DNA of 64,000 nucleotides from a bacterium (GTDB taxonomy: Bacteria; UBA8248): the NCBI GenBank assembly GCA_965219955.1, contig OZ244799.1:3296001-3360000 (forward strand), in the 5' to 3' direction. Within the stretch, counting starts at the first letter, position 1. The number at the start of each line of letters is the position of its first letter. Positions 51,604-61,231 of the stretch are shown in pieces. Under the pieces are notes generated by a model. That model was given only the letters and a program-made list of their open reading frames with translations. It was not told the origin of the DNA and did no database searches. A program made the translations under genes and the position numbers.

Positions 51604-52365
51604 TCATAAACGCATGAAATGGCGGTCGACCAGGTTGAGGAAATCCGCCGTGAAGTTTTCGATTTCATCCGCGATCACCTTCACGCGGCCCTGGTAATGA
51701 TTATAGGCGATCACGGCGGGGATGGCCGCCAGCAGCCCGAGCGCCGTGGCGATGAGCGCCTCGCTGATGCCCGGCGCGACGACGGCGAGCCCGGCGGAAC
51801 CCTTGGCGCCAATCTCGCGAAACGAATTCATGATGCCCCACACCGTGCCGAAGAGCCCGATGAAAGGCGTGGCGCTCGCCGTGGTGGCCAGAAAGGTCAG
51901 CATGCGCTCGAGCCTGCCCACCTGTTCGTTCGCCGCGCGCCTCAGCGCGCGCTCGACGCTTTCCACCCCCGTCATTTCCGAGGTGAGAACGCTCGCATCC
52001 TCTTCTCCTTCCCGCGAGCGCGTTTTCAGCACCTGTTCGGCTTCCTGATAACCCGCGGCGAACACCTCGCCCACCGGACTGCTCTCGTGCTCGGCGAGTT
52101 CCGCATACAGCCTGTCGAGGCGCTTGGAGCGCCAAAACGCATCGACGAACAACGCCGAGCGCCGCCTCGCGCCCCGAAGCTCCCAAAACTTCCAGATGAT
52201 GATGGCCCAGGAAGCGAGCGAGAAAAAAACGAGCACCAGCAAAACGAAAAACACCATGCCGCCCGATTGGGTGGCGAGGGTGATGACGTCCATTTCTTCT
52301 TGAAGCGATGCAATCGGCGCGGATTCGCCCGTCGGCAACGCGGCCGCGGCCAAAAACGGGAGCAA
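51604..52365 (-). CDS. tolQ: TolQ
   Basis: SWAII, FLATTASATPFIGLFGTVWGIM, VAPGISEALIATALGL. Confidence 0.93.
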   Translation of the reverse strand: MLPFLAAAALPTGESAPIASLQEEMDVITLATQSGGMVFFVLLVLVFFSLASWAIIIWKFWELRGARRRSALFVDAFWRSKRLDRLYAELAEHESSPVGEVFAAGYQEAEQVLKTRSREGEEDASVLTSEMTGVESVERALRRAANEQVGRLERMLTFLATTASATPFIGLFGTVWGIMNSFREIGAKGSAGLAVVAPGISEALIATALGLLAAIPAVIAYNHYQGRVKVIADEIENFTADFLNLVDRHFMRL

Positions 52366-52446
52366 GTCGATTCTCCTTCTGGGCGGAGTCTGCAGTATCC
52401 CCTCTTTTCCGGGTCGCCGTCAAACCAAACGAGTCGCCGTAAATCG

Positions 52447-52476
52447 TTGACATCTCCTCTGGCGCCCAGTGATAAT
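52447..52476 (+). promoter_or_regulatory. Candidate sigma70 promoter of the M20-slt-anmK operon
   Basis: TTGACA-18 bp-GATAAT upstream of RBS AGGAGG and GTG 52511. Confidence 0.45.
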
Positions 52477-52510
52477 GAGCCTCCCGCCCACCCCAGGAGG
52501 CGTTGCCTGA

Positions 52511-53695
52511 GTGGATATTCACGAGGCAAAGACCGCCATATCGAAGCTGATCGACGATGAGGCGGAAGCACTGTGGGCGCTCTCATTGGCGATTCACGCG
52601 GACCCCGAGCCCAGTCTCGAAGAACACCGCGCGGCCGAGCGCCTGTGCGTTTACCTGGAGAATAACGGGTTCACCCTCACCCGGGGCGTGGCGAACCTGC
52701 CCACCGCGTTTCGAGCGGACAGGCCCGCCGTGGATGAGAAAAAACCCTCCGTATCATTTCTCTCGGAATACGACGCGCTGCCCGGCCTCGGTCACGCCTG
52801 CGCCCACAACATCATCGGTGTCGCCAGCGCCGCCGCGGGCGTTGCGCTCAAAGAAGCGCTCGGCTCCGAATACGGAGGCGTCACCGTTTTCGGCACGCCC
52901 GGAGAGGAAGGCGGAGGCGGCAAGGTGCTGATGGCGCAAACCGGCATGTTCCGGGAAACGGGCGCCGCCATGATGATGCACCCATCGGACGAGACCAGAG
53001 CGGACGTCGATTTTCTGGCGCTCTCGGAGCTTCGCTTTCACTTCAGGGGACGCGCCGCCCACGCTTCCGCAGCGCCCGAGCAAGGCGTCAACGCCCTCGA
53101 CGCCCTCATCGCCACGTTCAGCGCCGTCTCCCTGCTCCGCCAGCAACTCCCCCCGGGGGATCGCGTGCACGGCGTCATCACCGAGGGTGGGGAGGCGCCC
53201 AACATCATCCCCGAAAAGGCCTCCGCGTGGTTTTTCGTGAGGAGCGAAACGATGGAGGGGCTCGATGCGCTGCTCGCGCGGGTCATCGCCTGCGCGGAAG
53301 GAGCGGCCCTTGCGACCGGAGCGGAACTCGAGACGGAGAAAAACCCCGTCATCTACGCTCCCATGCGGGCCAACCCGCCCCTGGCGTCGCTATTCCTGAA
53401 AAACCTGAACCGGCTCGGCGTTCATGAACCCGAATCCCCGCCGCCCCTGCGGATGGGATCCTCCGACGTGGGGAACGTGAGCCAGCAAACGCCCACCATT
53501 CATCCGCAAATCCAGATGGTTCCGCCCGGCGTCTCCGCGCATACGCCTGAGTTCGCCGAAGCATCAGCGGGAGCGGAAGGCAGGCGCGTCCTGCTTACCG
53601 GCGCCAAGGCGCTGGCGATGACGGGGGCGGATTTTCTTCTCGATGAAGGAGCGCGCCGGGCCGTTCAAGCCGAATTCGAGAACCGGAGGACATGA
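52511..53695 (+). CDS. M20-family amidohydrolase (AbgB/PM20D2-like)
   Basis: EYDALPGLGHACAHN, GTPGEEGGGGK, GRAAHA, GSSDVGNVS. Confidence 0.9.
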   Translation: MDIHEAKTAISKLIDDEAEALWALSLAIHADPEPSLEEHRAAERLCVYLENNGFTLTRGVANLPTAFRADRPAVDEKKPSVSFLSEYDALPGLGHACAHNIIGVASAAAGVALKEALGSEYGGVTVFGTPGEEGGGGKVLMAQTGMFRETGAAMMMHPSDETRADVDFLALSELRFHFRGRAAHASAAPEQGVNALDALIATFSAVSLLRQQLPPGDRVHGVITEGGEAPNIIPEKASAWFFVRSETMEGLDALLARVIACAEGAALATGAELETEKNPVIYAPMRANPPLASLFLKNLNRLGVHEPESPPPLRMGSSDVGNVSQQTPTIHPQIQMVPPGVSAHTPEFAEASAGAEGRRVLLTGAKALAMTGADFLLDEGARRAVQAEFENRRT

Positions 53696-55977
53696 AAATC
53701 AAGGAACGGAAAACAGAAATGAAGCTGCGAGCCTGCATCATCGCCACCATCGGCATCCTTCTGCTCTCAACCAGCGCATGGTCCGCACCGAAAGCGCCGC
53801 CGCCGTCCACGAGCAAACCGGGCGCTGCGCGCGCCGTGAAGCCGCCGCTCGAAAACAAAGCCGCGCGCCCTGCCCTGCCCGCAAGGGTCGAAACACTCCT
53901 GGCGAAGGAGCGGCATGAGGAACTCATCCAATTGCTGCGCCGGGGAAAAGCAGACCTGGGCGGCAGGCGTTCTTTTTTGCTGGGACACGCCTACCTGAAA
54001 CTCGGGCAGTTTCGCCCGGCGGTCAAGGCGTTCCAAAAGGCGCTCAAGCAGATTCCCGCGCTCGAGAACTACTCGCTCCTGTTTCTGGCGAAAGCCGCGC
54101 TCGGAGCGAAGGATAACGCCATCGCCCGGCGCGCGCTCGAAAAACTCGTCAAAAAGGGAAAAAAAGCGCCCGAGCCTCCCTTCGTCTACAAGGAGTTGAT
54201 CCGCATTCTCCGGGAGGAGAAACAGCCCCTGCGCGCGGCGAAGATCGCCAAGCGCTACCTCCTCCTGTTTCCGAAAAGCTACGAGGCGCCCGATCTGCTG
54301 CTCAGGCGCGCCAAGGCGCTTCGCGCCGCGCGGCGAAACCGGCAGGCCGCGCTCGCCTTCCGGGAGTTGTGGCGGCGGCACCCCGAGCACCCCGCCGCAC
54401 GCCGGGCGCTGCGACGCTCGCTGAGAATCGGCGCCGCGCTCTCCCCGCCGCTCAAAAAACCGGGACCCAAGGCCCACTATGAACGCGCCCGGCTCCTCAG
54501 AAAGCGCTATCACTTCGAAAAGGCGTTGCGAAGTTTCCAGGACTTGAAGCGCCGGTTCCCGAAATTCTACTCCCACACCGGCTATCACAAGGGAGTCGTC
54601 TTCAACGAAGCGCTGACTCTCTTCTCCCTGCGCCAAACGAAACAGGCGGATCCCGCCCTCAGGCACGCCATCAGACACTACGCCGCAGGCAGCGCCAGGC
54701 GCGCGGAGGCGCGTTATTTCCTGGCCAGAAACCACCTGCGCAAAAGGAATCAACCCGCCTTCGAAAAACAGGCGCATCGCCTGCTCAAGGAGACGCAAAA
54801 GGGGAAATGGGCGGCGAAGACGCGCTACCTGCTCGCCCGCGTATATGAGGACGACCGCAATTTCAAAAAATCCGCGCGCTATTACAAGGAGGTGATCTCC
54901 AGTCACCCGCGCTCCTCCCTGGCGCCCAAGGCGCTGTTCCAACTCGCCTGGCTCCGTTTCCAGTCCAAAGACTACCGGGGGGCGCACAAAGCATTCTCCA
55001 GGATGAGAGCCGTTTACCCCGAACACTGGCTGGTCTCATCCGCCACCTACTGGGCCGCCTTCTCGGCGGAAAGAACAGGGGACCGAAAGAGCGCCCTCGC
55101 CCATTACCGCGCCTGCGCCCGGGGTCACCGCCACCGCTATTACGGACAACTCGCCCTGCGGGCCATCGGCCGTCTTGCGCGCAGGGGAGATTCAGGCGCG
55201 CCGAAGCCGCCCCCTTTGAGAGAGTCCGGCTTCCGCAAGTCGCTGCGGCCACCGCCTAAAAGCGCACAGGTTCGAGAGGCGGCCGCGCTTCTCTCCTCCA
55301 TGGGTTTTCATGAACTCGCCGCCAAGGAGTACCGCCGCCTCGGCTCATCGCCTTATTCGCGCTACCAGGCGGCTCGCGCCTTCACGGCGGCGGGCCAGAG
55401 CCACCGCGCCATATACCTGATCAACGAATCTTTCTGGGATGCGGTGCGCGCGGGCGGAAGCGACCTGCCGAGGGAATTCTGGGAAACGGTATATCCGCTC
55501 GTCGTAAAACGCAGAGAACCCGGAGGGGCGAATCCCTATCTGGTGAACGCCGTCATCAGGGCCGAGAGCGCCTTCGACCACCGCGCTATCTCCCCCGCCG
55601 GCGCCCGGGGGCTGATGCAGCTCATGCCCGCGACCGGGCGCAGGCTTGCGAGGAAGCACAAAGTCCGCATCAAGTCCGTGAGCGACCTCTTCGACCCCGA
55701 GATCAACACCCGCCTGGGCGCGAGGCACCTCGGCGCGCTCATCCGCGAGTTCGGCGGCGCGCTCGTTCCCGCGATAGCGAGCTACAACGCGGGCCGCTTG
55801 CCCGTCAAAAGATGGTGGGAGGCCGGACGCAACAAGCCGATAGAAATCTTCATCGAGGAGATTCCCTACCAGGAGACGAAAAACTACGTCAAAAGAGTAT
55901 TGGGCTATTACCACGAATACAAAAGAATCTATGGGGAGACGAACCGCTCGAAACGGGGGGGAATGCCCCCCTCATGA
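53692..55977 (+). CDS. TPR-containing soluble lytic transglycosylase (Slt-like)
   Basis: Signal peptide, TPR superhelix, IRAESAF (catalytic Glu), GARGLMQLMP, ASYNAG, ETKNYVKRV. Confidence 0.92.
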   Translation: MKIKERKTEMKLRACIIATIGILLLSTSAWSAPKAPPPSTSKPGAARAVKPPLENKAARPALPARVETLLAKERHEELIQLLRRGKADLGGRRSFLLGHAYLKLGQFRPAVKAFQKALKQIPALENYSLLFLAKAALGAKDNAIARRALEKLVKKGKKAPEPPFVYKELIRILREEKQPLRAAKIAKRYLLLFPKSYEAPDLLLRRAKALRAARRNRQAALAFRELWRRHPEHPAARRALRRSLRIGAALSPPLKKPGPKAHYERARLLRKRYHFEKALRSFQDLKRRFPKFYSHTGYHKGVVFNEALTLFSLRQTKQADPALRHAIRHYAAGSARRAEARYFLARNHLRKRNQPAFEKQAHRLLKETQKGKWAAKTRYLLARVYEDDRNFKKSARYYKEVISSHPRSSLAPKALFQLAWLRFQSKDYRGAHKAFSRMRAVYPEHWLVSSATYWAAFSAERTGDRKSALAHYRACARGHRHRYYGQLALRAIGRLARRGDSGAPKPPPLRESGFRKSLRPPPKSAQVREAAALLSSMGFHELAAKEYRRLGSSPYSRYQAARAFTAAGQSHRAIYLINESFWDAVRAGGSDLPREFWETVYPLVVKRREPGGANPYLVNAVIRAESAFDHRAISPAGARGLMQLMPATGRRLARKHKVRIKSVSDLFDPEINTRLGARHLGALIREFGGALVPAIASYNAGRLPVKRWWEAGRNKPIEIFIEEIPYQETKNYVKRVLGYYHEYKRIYGETNRSKRGGMPPS

Positions 55978-57188
55978 GCAATCCCCGTCCTCTTCTGGCC
56001 ATCGGCCTGATGTCGGGAACCTCCGCCGATGGCGTGGACGCCGCCCTGGCGCGGATTCACCCGGGCGAACGTACACAAGTCGAAACCCTGGGCTTTCACG
56101 CCGCTCCCTACCCAGGGGACCTGAGAGAACGTCTTCTGCTCGCCGGGGGCGAGGGGGGCGCCCGGACGGACGAGATATGCTCCCTGCGCCGGGAGGTGGG
56201 TGAAGCGTTCGCCTCGGCTGCGCTTGAAGTCGCGTCACGAACCGGCGCCGAACTCGAGAAAATCGACTTCATCGGCAGCCACGGCCAGACGATCCGCCAT
56301 CTGCCCGAAGGCATGGAGGGCGAACGCGGGCCGCTGCTCCCCTCCACCTTCCAGATTGGCGATCCCGCCTTCATCGCCCAGCGCACGGGAATCACCTGCG
56401 TCAGCGATTTCAGAACGCGCGACGTGGCCGCAGGCGGCGCGGGCGCTCCCCTGACCCCCTGGGCGCACCGGGTTCTCTTCAGCCTGGAAAACGCCGCCTC
56501 CGCCTTCTTGAACCTGGGCGGCATCTCGAACATCACCTATCTCCCTCCTGCGGGAGAGGAGGGCGTCTTCGGCTTCGATTGCGGACCCGCGAACATGCCG
56601 CTGGACGCTCTCGCGGGGCGCATCACGAACGGGGAGAAAACCCACGACACCGGCGGCGAACTGGCGGCGGCGGGCCGCGTATGCCCCGATACCCTGGCCG
56701 AACTCCGCCGACACCCCTACCTGAAACGGAAACCACCCAAAAGCACGGGCAGGGAGATGTTCGGCGAAGCGTTCGTCGCTGAAACCCTGGAACGCACGAT
56801 CTCGCGCGGAGGCGGCGAAAAAGACGCCATCGCCACCCTCACCGCCTTTTCCGCGTCGTGCGTCGCGGATGCGATTCGGGATTTCTTTCCGGAGGATCCC
56901 CCGCTCTCCGAGGTGGTGATCGGCGGGGGCGGCGTCCACAACAATACCCTCATGCGCGGCCTGCGCGACGCCCTGGGCGATCTCTCCCTCGTCGGAAGCG
57001 ACGCGCGAGGCGTCTCGCCCGATGCGGTCGAAGCCGTCTGTTTCGCCCTGCTGGCGTGGGGCACGCTCACCGGAGGGACAAACAACCTGCCGGGCGTCAC
57101 CGGTGCGAAGGGGGAGGTATGCCTCGGGAACATCACGCCGGGGCGGAATTTCGCCTCCCTGATGAGGTGTTTTTACAACTCCGCGTGA
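55974..57188 (+). CDS. anmK: Anhydro-N-acetylmuramic acid kinase
   Basis: IGLMSGTSADGVD, GSHGQT, GGAGAPL, NLGGISN, FDCGPAN, PKSTGRE; ATGA overlap with slt. Confidence 0.95.
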   Translation: MSNPRPLLAIGLMSGTSADGVDAALARIHPGERTQVETLGFHAAPYPGDLRERLLLAGGEGGARTDEICSLRREVGEAFASAALEVASRTGAELEKIDFIGSHGQTIRHLPEGMEGERGPLLPSTFQIGDPAFIAQRTGITCVSDFRTRDVAAGGAGAPLTPWAHRVLFSLENAASAFLNLGGISNITYLPPAGEEGVFGFDCGPANMPLDALAGRITNGEKTHDTGGELAAAGRVCPDTLAELRRHPYLKRKPPKSTGREMFGEAFVAETLERTISRGGGEKDAIATLTAFSASCVADAIRDFFPEDPPLSEVVIGGGGVHNNTLMRGLRDALGDLSLVGSDARGVSPDAVEAVCFALLAWGTLTGGTNNLPGVTGAKGEVCLGNITPGRNFASLMRCFYNSA

Positions 57189-57214
57189 GACCGAACATAC
57201 ACAAACGGCCCTGA

Positions 57215-57700
57215 AAGGGTTTGTTGAAAAAGCCCTCTCAAGCGGTGGGGGGTGCGATGGTTTTGTAGGGACAGGCCTCCGTGCCTGTCCTGCCTTCCAT
57301 GGTTGTCTTTCGTCAGGACAGGCACGGAGGCCTGTCCCTACGGTAAACAATTCGATGATCGGGATGCCCTCCCTTCCTCGGGAGGACTTTTGGGGCAGCC
57401 CCGACAAGGGGGGAGTGATTCCTCTCTCCTCGGGGTTTTTGGGCAGCCCCTTGTCAGGGGGGCAAGATAAGAAAAAGGCCCCCCTGTTAAGGGGGGTTGG
57501 GGGGTTTCGGCAAGGCGGACCCCGGAAAGGCAACCCCCCCTACCCCCCCTTGTCAGGGGGGTCTTTTTGTTGCTCCCCCCTTTCGGGGGGACCTTTTTTT
57601 TATATTCCCCACCGTGGTGGAGGGGTTGCCTTTTTTACCCCCCTGACAAGGGGGGGTAGGGGGGGTTGCTCCTTTGAGGAGGGGTTTTTCAACAGCCCCG
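57215..57700. repeat. Nested REP/MITE cluster
   Basis: Ends GGGTTTGTTGAAAAAG / TTTTTCAACAGCCCC; a GTAG-REP doublet ~57264-57341 near-identical to 3852-3930; CCCCCCTACCCCCCTTGTCAGGGG...CCCCTGACAAGGGGGGGTAGGGGG palindrome at ~57530-57670. Confidence 0.85.
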
Positions 57701-57748
57701 GAATGCGGCATCATGCCCTCCCGACTCTCAAACCTCAGGAGATAAAAC

Positions 57749-58936
57749 GTGGATGCCGCCATCGAGGCGCAAGCCGTCTCACTCACCAAAGAGCTTATTG
57801 CGATTCCCAGTGAAAATCCCACGGGCGATGAGTTCGCCATGGCGGACAGGATGGAGGCCTTTTTCCGGGGCATCGGCCTCGAGGTTATGCGCGAGCGCGT
57901 CGCCGAAAGGCGGGAGAACGTAACGGCGGAGATTACCGGCGCGGGGGGCGGCCCCGCTCTCGTCTTTCTCAATCACATGGATACCGTGCCTGCGGGCGAG
58001 GGGTGGTCGCGCGATCCGTTTCTCGCCGCGGAAGAAGACGGGAAAATCTGGGGCCGGGGAAGCTGCGATATGAAAGGCGGCATCTCCGCCAGCCTCGCAG
58101 CGATGGAGAGCCTGAAGCGCCGAATCGACGGCGGCGCAAAGGCAAGGGGCACGGTTCGCTGCTGCATGGTGGTGGATGAGGAAAGCGGCTGCATGACCGG
58201 CACAGAGGCGGCCATCGCGAGCGGACACATCCATGCTGATGACGTCGTGATCTCCTGCGAGCCGACCGAACTCGCCCTGGTGACGGCGCAAAAAGGCGCC
58301 ATGTGGTTCGAACTCGCCTTCAGTGGAAAGAGCGCCCACGCCGCGACGCCCCACATGGGCGCGGACGCGATTCACGCCGCATCCCACGCCGTGGTGGCGC
58401 TGCAGGAAGCGGTGGCGCAACTCCACCACGAAGACCCTCTGCTGGGACGATGCACCATGATCACCAGCATCATCGAGGGAGGCCACAAAACCAACGTGGT
58501 CTCCGAGAGATGCGTGATGCAGATAGACTCCCGTTTCGTTCCACCCCTGCGGACGGGGGACATCCAGCAGATCATTCACGAGAAAGCCGCCCTGGCCTGC
58601 GACCGGGTGAGCGGGGTCGAATTCTCCCTGCGCGCCACGATTGCGGACCGCCCGCCCGTGACGGCGGACACCGACAGCGCGGGAGCGAGGCTCATTTTCG
58701 AGACTTTGAAGGAAATCCTGGGCGCAGAGCCTAAGCCCGCGGGGGTGAGCTATTATTCGGACGCGGGCATGGCCGCGGCCCAGACCGGAAGCCGAAACTG
58801 CTTTCTCCTGGGACCTGGAAACATCGAACAAGCCCACACGCCCGACGAGTTCATCGAGGTCGATTCGCTGAAAAAAGCCGCGCGCCTCTACGGCAGGCTG
58901 CTCGAGAAATTCGCGCTGGACGAAGACTCGCCGTAA
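57749..58936 (+). CDS. M20-family metallopeptidase (ArgE/DapE-like deacylase)
   Basis: HMDTVP, GRGSCDMKGG, VDEE, CEPT, GKSAHA, GPGNIEQAHTPDE. Confidence 0.9.
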   Translation: MDAAIEAQAVSLTKELIAIPSENPTGDEFAMADRMEAFFRGIGLEVMRERVAERRENVTAEITGAGGGPALVFLNHMDTVPAGEGWSRDPFLAAEEDGKIWGRGSCDMKGGISASLAAMESLKRRIDGGAKARGTVRCCMVVDEESGCMTGTEAAIASGHIHADDVVISCEPTELALVTAQKGAMWFELAFSGKSAHAATPHMGADAIHAASHAVVALQEAVAQLHHEDPLLGRCTMITSIIEGGHKTNVVSERCVMQIDSRFVPPLRTGDIQQIIHEKAALACDRVSGVEFSLRATIADRPPVTADTDSAGARLIFETLKEILGAEPKPAGVSYYSDAGMAAAQTGSRNCFLLGPGNIEQAHTPDEFIEVDSLKKAARLYGRLLEKFALDEDSP

Positions 58937-58945
58937 ATTTCGCCA

Positions 58946-61231
58946 TCACTCACCGGCGCGCTTGTCCAGCGCCCGGAGCATCTCCGTGACGCTTTCGAGC
59001 GCTTCCGCCGCGCCGAGTTCCTGGAACATCCGGCGCGCCTCGGTCAGACACTCGCGCGAGGCCTCCCACTCCCGACCCTCGAAATGCACCCGGCCCAGGC
59101 TTCCGAGCGCAACCCCCTGGGCGAGAACGCTCCCTTGCTCGCGGTTGATCTCCAGGGCCGCCTCATACGCCTCGCGCGCTTCGGGCAAATCGCCCCGCGC
59201 GTAGTGAATGTTCCCCATGCCGCTCAGGTTCGCCGCCTCGCCTCTTCTGTTTTCCAGTCCGCGATTCAGGCGCAGGGCGTTCTCGTAATACCGAAGCGCG
59301 CGCGTAAATTGCTCCTGCGCCGCAAAGCTCACCCCCATCTGACCGTACACCAGGGCTTCACACGCCTTGTCCCCGATTTTCTGGCAAAGGCTCAGGGCCT
59401 CATCCAGACTCACCTGCGCCGCTTCGTATTCGCCCGTCTCGCTCAGGACGGAGGCCAGCGCGGTATGCGCCCGCGCCTCGTTGCGCCTGTCTCCCAATCT
59501 GTGGAACAGGTGCGCCGCCTCGGAAAGATGCTCCCTGGCTTTTTCCTTTTCCCCCAGACGACGGAACAACCGGCCGACCCGCATGCGCAAGATGGAGAGT
59601 TGTTCAAGCTCACCCTGCGGCCCGATATAGCCGAGCGCCTTCTCATAGGATTCCGCCGCCTTTTCGTCATCGCCCCTTTGCTGGTAGAAATACCCCAGAT
59701 TCCTGGAGACCACCGCCTGCATCGGAACGTCCCGGCCCGCTTCGCGGAAAGCCTCGCGAGAATAGGAAATCGCAGGCTCCACTTTCTCCCGCATGTAGGA
59801 AGCCACGGCCAGCGCGTTGAGAATGGGCGCGAGCCGACTCGTGCGGCGCAGCGATTCCTTGAGGTGCTCCGTCGCATCCTCAACGCGCCCCAGAATCATC
59901 TCCAGAATGGCCAGACGCAGATATTCCTCGGCCGCGGGCGACTGCCGGGCTCTCTCGCGCTGGCCGAGATCGATGCCGGCGGCATTTACCACGCCCGGGG
60001 CCCAGGCGGGAAGTTTCTGCTCCATGTTTTCCGCCAGAAGCAGATCTTCCGGACAAATATCCGCCACGAGTTCGCGTATCAATTCAGAGGGCGTGTTCGC
60101 CGGAGGCTCATGCGAGGCGGCTGTTGGCGGAGCGGAGCCGGAGACGAGTTGCTCCACGTCATCTTCCAACGGAAAATCAAACGCATCGGCGTCTTCTTCT
60201 ACCTCGATTTGCTCATGCGTGACGTCGCTTTGCGTAAAAGCGTCCTCCTCTGCGCGCTCGCGCTGAATGAGGGAGATAATGTCTTCCTCGGCAGCGGGTT
60301 CCTGTGCGGCTTTCTCTTCCGGATCCGGCGGCGATTCCGGCGCGGCTCCCACGACCTCATCGTCCACATCCGCCCGCTCCTCAAGCGTGGGTTCCGGGGG
60401 AGCATCCATCACGCCTTCGCCCTCACGCGTGAGACGAAACACCTCCGCGCCTTCTTCCTCATCACCAGGCGCATCATCGCCGGAAACCGCATCATCGCGA
60501 ACCTCGCTCACGGCGGGAATCCGCACGCGCAGGGGAGCGTCCGCGCCTTCGCTCGTTTCGGAGATTCCCGGGTCTCCCCCTTCATCGGCGAGAACTTCTC
60601 CCACCGTGATCTGCGTTTCGCTGTCGAGTCCGCCGGCCGCCGGGGTATCTTCCGTCGGCTGATGAGAAGGCTCGTCTTCCACCGTAAACCCGGGCGGCTC
60701 AACCAGGCCGGCCTCCGGCAGTTCATCCGACGCGCGGCGGTGTTCCGCACCCTCGAGCGCGGGCAAACCGTCCCACCAGGAAACACCCGGTTCTGCGGCA
60801 GGCGCGTCATCCCCGTGAAGCGCAGGCTCTTCGTCATATTCCGGAAGAGACTCGCCTTCGGTGGGGAGAACCTGATCCTCCGGGAGAACCTCGCGACTCT
60901 CCTCCCCGATGACCCGCACGCCTTCTTCCACGTCATCCAGCGATTCCGGGGAATCCCCGGTTACCTCACGGACGGTTCCGCCCTGCACCGTTTCTCGTTG
61001 ATCCTCGTCGACGTCAGGAATGAAATCGTCGATGAACCGCGAGGAAACATCCTCCCAGACGTCAGGCGCTCTGCCCCCGGACCCGCCTTCCGAAACGCCG
61101 TCCCATCCACGCGCCGAACCCCTTGCGCGACCCGAGGCGCGGCGGCGCATCCACAAAACAACGGGGATGCCCAGAAGGGCGAGCACACCCGCTGCGCCGA
61201 ACACCGTCTTCCAGACAGCCATCTCAAACAT
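58946..61231 (-). CDS. Membrane-anchored protein with long acidic linker and C-terminal TPR repeats
   Basis: N-terminal TM followed by RRR; ~350-aa Asp/Glu/Pro-rich region; multiple TPR motifs (NLGYFYQQRGD..A..YEKAL). Confidence 0.8.
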   Translation of the reverse strand: MFEMAVWKTVFGAAGVLALLGIPVVLWMRRRASGRARGSARGWDGVSEGGSGGRAPDVWEDVSSRFIDDFIPDVDEDQRETVQGGTVREVTGDSPESLDDVEEGVRVIGEESREVLPEDQVLPTEGESLPEYDEEPALHGDDAPAAEPGVSWWDGLPALEGAEHRRASDELPEAGLVEPPGFTVEDEPSHQPTEDTPAAGGLDSETQITVGEVLADEGGDPGISETSEGADAPLRVRIPAVSEVRDDAVSGDDAPGDEEEGAEVFRLTREGEGVMDAPPEPTLEERADVDDEVVGAAPESPPDPEEKAAQEPAAEEDIISLIQRERAEEDAFTQSDVTHEQIEVEEDADAFDFPLEDDVEQLVSGSAPPTAASHEPPANTPSELIRELVADICPEDLLLAENMEQKLPAWAPGVVNAAGIDLGQRERARQSPAAEEYLRLAILEMILGRVEDATEHLKESLRRTSRLAPILNALAVASYMREKVEPAISYSREAFREAGRDVPMQAVVSRNLGYFYQQRGDDEKAAESYEKALGYIGPQGELEQLSILRMRVGRLFRRLGEKEKAREHLSEAAHLFHRLGDRRNEARAHTALASVLSETGEYEAAQVSLDEALSLCQKIGDKACEALVYGQMGVSFAAQEQFTRALRYYENALRLNRGLENRRGEAANLSGMGNIHYARGDLPEAREAYEAALEINREQGSVLAQGVALGSLGRVHFEGREWEASRECLTEARRMFQELGAAEALESVTEMLRALDKRAGE

